Below the pieces are notes generated by a model. That model was not told the DNA's origin. It worked only from the letters and a program-made list of their open reading frames with translations, and did no database searches. A program made the position numbers and the translations under genes. 12,941 nt of DNA from Pedosphaera sp. (GTDB lineage: Bacteria > Verrucomicrobiota > Verrucomicrobiia > Limisphaerales > SIBH01): the NCBI GenBank assembly GCA_031414955.1, contig JANOQV010000155.1, positions 1 to 12,941 on the forward strand, in the 5' to 3' direction. This document shows, in pieces, positions 7,300 through 12,941 of this stretch (its first letter is position 1; each line of letters starts with the position of its first letter).

Positions 7300-9576
7300 A
7301 TGCACACCCCAGATTCTCGAAGACTTGTTCGCCCCGTCGCCTGTTGGCTGGGCTTGGTGATGCTGCTTGGCGCGGTGCATGTGATGGCGGCGGATAAAAC
7401 CAATTCCCCGCTGCTCACGGTCAAGCGCATCTTCGACTCCGGCGAGTTCGGCGGCGACGGATTCTCGGCGCGCTGGCTGGAGGACAGCTCGGGCTACACG
7501 ACCTTCGAGGCTTCCAAGGCACCCGGCGGCGGCCGTGATCTGGTTCGTCACCATCCCAAGACCGGCGCGAAGGAAATCCTAGTGCCGGCGGCGGACTTCG
7601 TCCCGTCGGGGGAATCTTCCCCGCTTGGAATCGATGGGCACACCTGGTCGAAGGACAAGTCGAAGCTGCTCATCTTCACCAACACGAAGAAAGTTTGGCG
7701 CACGAACAGCCGGGGCGATTACTGGGTGCTGGATCGTTCGAGTCACGAGCTGTTCAAGCTCGGCGGCGATGCCCTGCCTTCGACGCTGATGTTCGCGAAG
7801 TTTTCGCCGGATGGTCGGAGCGTGGCGTATGTGCGCGAGCGGAACATCTACGTCCAGGATTTGCAGAGCCGCCGCATCACGTCGCTGACCACCAACACGT
7901 CGCCGGACATCATCAATGGCACATTCGACTGGGTGTATGAGGAGGAGTTCTCCCTGCGCGACGGCTTTCGTTGGAGCCCGGACGGACGCTTCATCGCCTA
8001 CTGGCAGCTCGACACCGAGGGCGTGCGCGAAGTGCCGCTCGTGAACAACACGGACGGTCTCTATCCGACGACGCAGTTCATCAAGTATCCCAAGACCGGC
8101 GAGATGAATTCGTCGTGCCGCGTTGGCGCCGTGGAACTCGCCACCGGCGAGACGCGCTGGATGAACGTGCCGGGCGATCCGCGCAACCATTACATCTTCG
8201 ACCTCGAATGGCCCGAAGGCTCGAAGGAGATTTTCCTGCAACAACTGAACCGGTTGCAGAACACCAACTGTGTCATGCTCGCCGATCCCGTGACGGGCAA
8301 AGTAGAAACCATGCTCACCGACGGCGATGCGGCGTGGGTGGAGGCGCATCAAAGCCTGAAGTGGATCGAGGGCGGCAAGCGTTTCGTGTTTTGGAGCGAG
8401 CGCGACGGCTGGAATCACCTCTATCTCGCCAAGCGCGAGGGCGGAAAGCCGGAGCTGGTCACGAAGGGCGACTACGACGTGACTGACCTCGTCCATGTGG
8501 ATGAGAAGGACGAGTGGCTTTACTTCATCGCGTCTCCGGAGAACCCGACGCAGCGCTACCTCTACCGCGCCCGCTTCAGCGGACGCCAGCGTGAGCGCGT
8601 CACGCCCGCCGGGCAGTCGGGCACCCACTCGTATCAGATTTCGCCGGACGGACGTTGGGCCTTTCACACCTGGTCCACGTTCGATCAGCCGCCGGTGAAG
8701 GAATTCATCTCGCTACCCGACCACAAGCAGGTGCGCGTGTTGGCCGAGAACAAGAAGCTGAAGGATAAGCTTGCCGAACTGAAGCAGCCGGCCACGGAAT
8801 TCCTGCGCGTACCGGTGGCCAAGGACGTTGAGTTGGACGCGTGGCTGATCAAGCCGCCGGAGTTCGATGCGACGAAGAAGTATCCGCTCCTCATCTACGT
8901 CTATGGCGAGCCGGCTGGCTCCACGGTGAAGGATGCCTGGGGCGGCAGTTCGCATCTGTGGAATCTCATGCTCGCGCAGCAGGGCTACCTCGTGATGAGC
9001 ATCGACAACCGCGGCACCGACACGCCGCGCGGGCGCGCCTGGCGCAAGTCCATTTACCGGCAGATCGGCGTTCTTGCATCGCAGGATCAGGCGGCGGCCT
9101 TGAAGAAATTGATCGCCACGCGGCCTTACGTGGACGCGGAGCGCATCGGCATCTGGGGCTGGAGCGGCGGCGGGTCCATGACGCTCAACGCGATGCTGCG
9201 GCACCCCGACCTTTATCACACCGGCATCTCCATCGCGTCCGTCCCGAACATGCGTTACTACGACACGATTTATCAGGAGCGCTACATGGGCCTGCCCGCC
9301 GACAACGCGGATGGTTACCGGAACGGTTCACCCCTGACCTTCGCCAGCCAGTTGAAGGGCAACCTGCTCCTCATTCACGGCACCGGCGACGACAACTGCC
9401 ACTACCAAGGCGTCGAGACGCTGGTCAACGAGTTCGTCCGGCACAACAAACCGTTCCGCATGATGTCGTATCCCAACCGCTCCCACAGCATCAGCGAAGG
9501 CGTGAACACGACCCTGCACCTGCGCGAACTGATGACGTCGTTCCTCCACGAGAAGCTTCCGGCTGGGGCGCGGTGA
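7300..9576 (+). CDS. S9B family serine peptidase, dipeptidyl-peptidase IV-like, secreted, about 758 aa
   Basis: Signal peptide after ATG 7300 (RRLVRPVACWLGLVMLLGAVHVMA). DPP-IV N-terminal propeller with NGTFDWVYEEEF and YPKTG. Catalytic motifs GIWGWSGGG (Ser), HGTGDDNCH (Asp) and YPNRSH (His). Also YDTIYQERYMG. Confidence 0.95.
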   Translation: MHTPDSRRLVRPVACWLGLVMLLGAVHVMAADKTNSPLLTVKRIFDSGEFGGDGFSARWLEDSSGYTTFEASKAPGGGRDLVRHHPKTGAKEILVPAADFVPSGESSPLGIDGHTWSKDKSKLLIFTNTKKVWRTNSRGDYWVLDRSSHELFKLGGDALPSTLMFAKFSPDGRSVAYVRERNIYVQDLQSRRITSLTTNTSPDIINGTFDWVYEEEFSLRDGFRWSPDGRFIAYWQLDTEGVREVPLVNNTDGLYPTTQFIKYPKTGEMNSSCRVGAVELATGETRWMNVPGDPRNHYIFDLEWPEGSKEIFLQQLNRLQNTNCVMLADPVTGKVETMLTDGDAAWVEAHQSLKWIEGGKRFVFWSERDGWNHLYLAKREGGKPELVTKGDYDVTDLVHVDEKDEWLYFIASPENPTQRYLYRARFSGRQRERVTPAGQSGTHSYQISPDGRWAFHTWSTFDQPPVKEFISLPDHKQVRVLAENKKLKDKLAELKQPATEFLRVPVAKDVELDAWLIKPPEFDATKKYPLLIYVYGEPAGSTVKDAWGGSSHLWNLMLAQQGYLVMSIDNRGTDTPRGRAWRKSIYRQIGVLASQDQAAALKKLIATRPYVDAERIGIWGWSGGGSMTLNAMLRHPDLYHTGISIASVPNMRYYDTIYQERYMGLPADNADGYRNGSPLTFASQLKGNLLLIHGTGDDNCHYQGVETLVNEFVRHNKPFRMMSYPNRSHSISEGVNTTLHLRELMTSFLHEKLPAGAR

Positions 9577-9642
9577 GAAGTGATGATGGACAACGAATTC
9601 CCTCTCGCGATAGATCGGCACCGGGGCTCCGTCGGCGACGAT

Positions 9643-10479
9643 TCAAATCAACGAGGCTAACGAACCGGGCTGCACGCTGGCTCCAGGATACTGGGCGAGG
9701 ATTTGGCCTTTAAGGCTCCGAAGAAAATTGGCGGGACCAAATTCTGGCAGCAGGATTCGGTGATTCGGTTTCTTACGGTTGATCGACTCGTCCGTGACGA
9801 TGAACGCACCCGCATCGTAAAGGCGCGCGCCCACGCTTTGTTTCATGAATATCTTGTAGCGCTCGGCGTAGGACGGGCCTTCAAACGTCTCGACTTCATC
9901 ACTGCCGGCCATCCGAAAAGGCGGCATGGTAAGAAAGTGAGGCTGCTTGATTCGAACGGGTTTTCCGTCTGAGCCAGGTTGGTATTTTCCGACGAACAGG
10001 TAGCCGAGCCACGGGCGCGGCTGCTGCCGTTCAAAACCAGACTGACCGTAAGTGACCCAGAAGTCGTGGGCGTTGCCGATACTCTCTTCGAGCCGGTTGT
10101 TCTGATTGTTGCCAATACTCTTGTCCTGCGATTTGAACTCCACTGCGGCATAGAGCACCGGGCCGACCGCATCCCCTTTGGCAGGATGAAAGCGGCTGTT
10201 TGCCAAGACGATCAAATCCCAGTTCTTGGACGGGCGAAAGTAGGACGGAAGAATTGAGGGCGTCGTGGAAAGATGGCCACCGGCAAAGATGTGGGCTGGG
10301 TTCACTCCCAGCCCGACCAGGAAATCTCGAATGGTGGTCGCAAATCCATCCATGGTTTTGCCGTGGAGGTTCACATCGCGGGTGCCTCCCTGGGTCTTCT
10401 TGGATTTTGCGGTGCTCTTCGAACTCCACCAATGTTTGACGGCGTTGTGAAAGAGTTCTGTTTCTGCTGGCATGGTCAT
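9643..10479 (-). CDS. PaeR7I/XhoI-family type II restriction endonuclease, 278 aa
   Basis: Motifs typical of this family: GKTMDGF, LPSYFRPSKNWDL, a PD-(D/E)xK-like WD..EFKSQ, GNNQNNRLEESIG, PRPWLGYLF, SYAERY, RLYDA. Its ATG overlaps the MTase stop (ATGA at 10476-10479). Confidence 0.88.
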   Translation of the reverse strand: MTMPAETELFHNAVKHWWSSKSTAKSKKTQGGTRDVNLHGKTMDGFATTIRDFLVGLGVNPAHIFAGGHLSTTPSILPSYFRPSKNWDLIVLANSRFHPAKGDAVGPVLYAAVEFKSQDKSIGNNQNNRLEESIGNAHDFWVTYGQSGFERQQPRPWLGYLFVGKYQPGSDGKPVRIKQPHFLTMPPFRMAGSDEVETFEGPSYAERYKIFMKQSVGARLYDAGAFIVTDESINRKKPNHRILLPEFGPANFLRSLKGQILAQYPGASVQPGSLASLI

Positions 10480-12110
10480 AGTGGGAGGGAATCAATCTGG
10501 TAGGCTTCCAAGGCAGCGCGCGTTGCCAGCGCCACGTCTTGTGTGTCGAAGGCTCGGCGGAGAGTTTCAGCGAGTTCGCGTGTGATGTTCTCTGGGGCTG
10601 GCACACGGATTCGACGGAGGTATTGAGCCTGAAAGCGCAGGAACCCGCCCCGCATCCGAACGCCATAGCAGTGAATGAAAAACTCGCCCACCGCTGACAT
10701 GAGCAGCCCGCCAAGCACGCGCAGGTCCCACGTTTCCGAGGTAATCCAGTAGAGGTTGTGCTGCGGATAGGTTTCTCCAAGGTCGAGCGTCGGTAGAAGT
10801 CGGTCCTTGATGTCCGCGATGTAGAGCTTTTGCTTTGCGAAGAGTCGCAGGTTCACCCGGTCAATCGTCTTGTGCCATTGCAGCGGACGCTCCTTTGCCG
10901 TGTGCCTGCTCGTCAGTAGATCATAGTGCGGCCTCAGATACGCCTCGAAGCGCGGATAGGCTTGAAGATCGATCAGACCTTGCTCGTTCCAGGGGTTTAC
11001 GAGGTAGCGGCCTGACCACGCCACTCTCCCCGCCTTCAAGTCCGAAGCCATGGCGAGCGGGAGCAAGCGGTCGGGCTCAATGTCCGGTCGGTCATCCGTG
11101 ATGAAAACCCGGTCGGCACCGGTTGCTACACCAATGCCAATTTGGGTTCCGGTGGCTTTGCTTTCAAGGGGAAGGCACGTCGCTTCGAGGCGTTTGAGCA
11201 GTTGCAACGCTTCGAGTGATGAACAGGGCCAAGGCTCACTGCCACGGAACCAGTCTGGAAAACGCGCCACTCGTAAAACGCTGCTGGAACGGGCTTCGCT
11301 GAGCAGGCTTTCCACTTCATCGCGACTGGCCCTCTCGATGCCGGGCAGTGCTTTGGCGACAACGACGGGGCCTTGCTTCTCCTGCGCGATAATCGTGACC
11401 GCAGGATAAGCTGAAACGTCGGTGTCGAAGGCGGCGACATCATGCGCTTCAATCACGCAGCGGACATTGTAGCCTTCCGTCGTGATGAACTCGCGCAGGG
11501 CACTGCCATAATCATTGAGCATCCAGCGGTCGGCGCAGATGTAGGCGCACACACCGCCCGGTTTGAGTTGCAGGAGCGCGGCTTGGTAAAAAGCCACGTA
11601 AACATCAGCCCGGCCCCGCATGGCGCTAAAGCCACTGCGATAAAACGCAGCTTTGTCCTCGGGAATCTCTTCCAGCCGGATGTATGGCGGATTGCCGATA
11701 ACGAAATCGGCGATGGGGAAAGCGAGAGAAGCCTCAAGGAAATCCTCGGTTCGAATCCAGCTTCGCGCCAGCGAGGCAGCAGTCGGGCCGGGTATACCGA
11801 GATCAAGGAGCGTAGAGCATACGACTTCGATGGCTTTCTCGGCAGCACCGGGGTCGATCTCAAACGCGCCAATCGCATGGGCGGCTTGCTCAACGGGAAT
11901 GCTGTGGAGGCGGCACGATTCAATCAGGCGTCGAACCATGCCCTGAAGAAAAGCCCCGTCTCCTGCTGAGGGTTCCAAAGCAACGAGGCGAGCAAGAGGG
12001 CGCGCTGGCAAATACCCAGCCAGATTAAGGATGAGTTCCACCATCCAGGGTTTGGTGTAAACGACGCCGGCCACGCGCGGTGGAATTAGGTCGATGGCGG
12101 CAGTGCTCAC
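10476..12110 (-). CDS. N6-adenine DNA methyltransferase, gamma class (M.PaeR7I/M.XhoI/TaqI-like), 544 aa
   Basis: Motif X GVVYTKPW, motif I LEPSAGDGAF, AFEID, motif IV DFVIGNPPYIR, ADVYVAF, YICADRW, YGSALR. C-terminal GIGVATGADRVFI, YPQHNLYWITS and YGVRMRGGFLRFQAQYLRRIRVP. GTG start. Confidence 0.93.
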   Translation of the reverse strand: MSTAAIDLIPPRVAGVVYTKPWMVELILNLAGYLPARPLARLVALEPSAGDGAFLQGMVRRLIESCRLHSIPVEQAAHAIGAFEIDPGAAEKAIEVVCSTLLDLGIPGPTAASLARSWIRTEDFLEASLAFPIADFVIGNPPYIRLEEIPEDKAAFYRSGFSAMRGRADVYVAFYQAALLQLKPGGVCAYICADRWMLNDYGSALREFITTEGYNVRCVIEAHDVAAFDTDVSAYPAVTIIAQEKQGPVVVAKALPGIERASRDEVESLLSEARSSSVLRVARFPDWFRGSEPWPCSSLEALQLLKRLEATCLPLESKATGTQIGIGVATGADRVFITDDRPDIEPDRLLPLAMASDLKAGRVAWSGRYLVNPWNEQGLIDLQAYPRFEAYLRPHYDLLTSRHTAKERPLQWHKTIDRVNLRLFAKQKLYIADIKDRLLPTLDLGETYPQHNLYWITSETWDLRVLGGLLMSAVGEFFIHCYGVRMRGGFLRFQAQYLRRIRVPAPENITRELAETLRRAFDTQDVALATRAALEAYQIDSLPL

Positions 12111-12168
12111 AAAACTGAAACTCTTTCGAGTGAATTACGCATTGTGCAGCTCCAGTTTGAGCCACAAA

Positions 12169-12191
12169 CGATTTCTAACTGGTAGAAATCG
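12169..12191. promoter_or_regulatory. Perfect 9-bp inverted repeat, candidate operator upstream of the MTase
   Basis: CGATTTCTA (12169-12177), spacer ACTGG, TAGAAATCG (12183-12191). It lies about 60 nt upstream of the MTase GTG in an AT-rich stretch (line 12121-12180 has 26/60 G+C). Confidence 0.5.
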
Positions 12192-12217
12192 CTCACGCGA
12201 TGGCTAAATGATTCGAG

Positions 12218-12298
12218 GAAGGTGTCGGCATGCCCGGGGACAAAGTCGGCTTTGATGCCGCACAGGGCTAGGTTCATGACGGCAACACAGCGGGTGAT
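12218..12298 (-). pseudogene. hsdM: Decayed internal fragment of a type I R-M methyltransferase subunit (hsdM-like)
   Basis: Translates as ITRCVAVMNLALCGIKADFVPGHADTF. This resembles the HsdM segment (T-R-R-LA-x-MNLA-I/L-RGI-E/D-AD-F/L-G-x-x-HADTF) that precedes the catalytic ANPPF motif. Similarity stops abruptly after ADTF, and neither motif I nor NPPF is present. Confidence 0.65.
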
Positions 12299-12371
12299 TT
12301 CCCCGTCATTGCCGACTAGAGCAGTGAGCCACGGTTGCGTTGCGTTGTCATCCATCTTCGGCATTGGGGCG

Positions 12372-12399
12372 AGAATGGCGGAGCGGGCGGCGGTTGCAA
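12372..12399 (-). promoter_or_regulatory. Candidate sigma70-like promoter for a leaderless transcript starting near ATG 12364
   Basis: The minus strand reads TTGCAA-N16-CATTCT-N7-ATG, with no Shine-Dalgarno sequence before the ATG. Confidence 0.35.
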
Positions 12400-12456
12400 A
12401 GACGGGAATCGCGTCCGGCGAGTCGGCAATTTCCTCACCTTCCGTCCCCATGAACC

Positions 12457-12525
12457 GGAGCGCCGAGCATTGCTCGGCTCAGGAGGCGGCGGACATCCCT
12501 CAGGCCGAGCAATGCTCGGCATTCC
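12457..12525. repeat. REPIN-like doublet: two inverted copies of a 17-nt palindrome
   Basis: GCCGAGCATTGCTCGGC (12462-12478) and its exact reverse complement GCCGAGCAATGCTCGGC (12504-12520). Each copy is self-palindromic (8-1-8). Outer flanks are GGAGC and ATTCC. It starts 17 nt after the aminopeptidase stop. Confidence 0.8.
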
Positions 12526-12541
12526 AACCCGCGGCACAGGA

Positions 12542-12941
12542 TCAGTGCGCTACTGTAACTGATTTCGATTCTGGACGGCCGGCTGGCGTGACATCGATCA
12601 GGCGTGAGTCCTTCAAGATCCACATTTGGGGATCAAGCCGGGCCTGGGCGTAGCGCGCGGCGCTGAGTTCGGCTTGGCCGTCGGGCATTTCGATGCGCTC
12701 GGTCTGGCCGTTCACTTCGATCTCCACGGGCATGGGGAACGGGTATCCTTTCGGCGTTTCCCAGCGCAGCAAGAGTTTATCGCCGCGAATTTCCGAGACG
12801 AGTTTCGGCAGCTTGGGCTGGTTCAAATAGAGATTGAAGAACCAGCCGAGATTGCGGCCCGATGTTGCTTCAGCCTGCCGGACGAAATCCGCCGTCGAAA
12901 CAAAACGGCAGACGCTGCCATCAGTAAGTTTTTCCATCTCC
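12542..12941 (-). CDS. M1 family metallo-aminopeptidase, C-terminal part (partial; 5' end outside the window)
   Basis: RFVSTADFVRQAEATSGRNLGWFFNLYLNQPKLP...FPMPVEI...LDPQMWIL matches the post-catalytic DFxxxAExxSGxxLxWFFxxY motif and the C-terminal domain of bacterial M1 peptidases. The frame is open to the window edge. HEXXH is not in view. Confidence 0.75.
   Translation of the reverse strand, partial: EMEKLTDGSVCRFVSTADFVRQAEATSGRNLGWFFNLYLNQPKLPKLVSEIRGDKLLLRWETPKGYPFPMPVEIEVNGQTERIEMPDGQAELSAARYAQARLDPQMWILKDSRLIDVTPAGRPESKSVTVAH

Noticed and set aside
7579..8667. 362-aa minus-strand ORF, plus 6943-7554 and the 8841-9713 alternate-frame ORF
   Set aside because: They overlap the well-supported peptidase and show no independent coding signal.
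9602..9616. Weak similarity of CTCTCGCGATAG to CTCACGCGATGG (about 12192) as cassette-flanking direct repeats
   Set aside because: A 10/12 match is expected by chance when searching loosely, and it does not coincide with the hsdM breakpoint at 12218.
10031..10780. 249-aa alternate-frame ORF across the M/R junction as a possible regulator
   Set aside because: No HTH or other motif, and it is fully nested in two conserved genes.
12457..12525. Possible mini-CRISPR or integron attC site
   Set aside because: Only two units, no cas or integrase gene, and no RYYYAAC/GTTRRRY core sites.

Overview
This is a high-GC bacterial window. The gene families and repeats point to the PVC superphylum, probably Verrucomicrobiota (inference). 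On the minus strand, 310-6891 is a three-gene cluster of exported proteins of unknown function: a 1216-aa heme-motif/WD40/Ig-like/DUF1549/DUF1553 protein, a Tat-signal DUF1501 protein and a protein with two PPC domains. It is followed by a 5'-truncated fragment of a second DUF1549 gene at the left edge. A secreted S9B dipeptidyl-peptidase IV-like gene (7300-9576, +) is transcribed divergently from it. Converging on the peptidase is a lower-GC PaeR7I/XhoI-like type II restriction-modification pair (m6A MTase 10476-12110, REase 9643-10479). That pair sits directly behind a short decayed type I hsdM-like remnant and a perfect 9-bp inverted repeat. The window ends in the 3' part of an M1 aminopeptidase gene. 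Three unrelated REP-like palindromic elements are present, one of them translated in frame inside the large gene. All family calls come from motif recognition by eye; no database searches were run.
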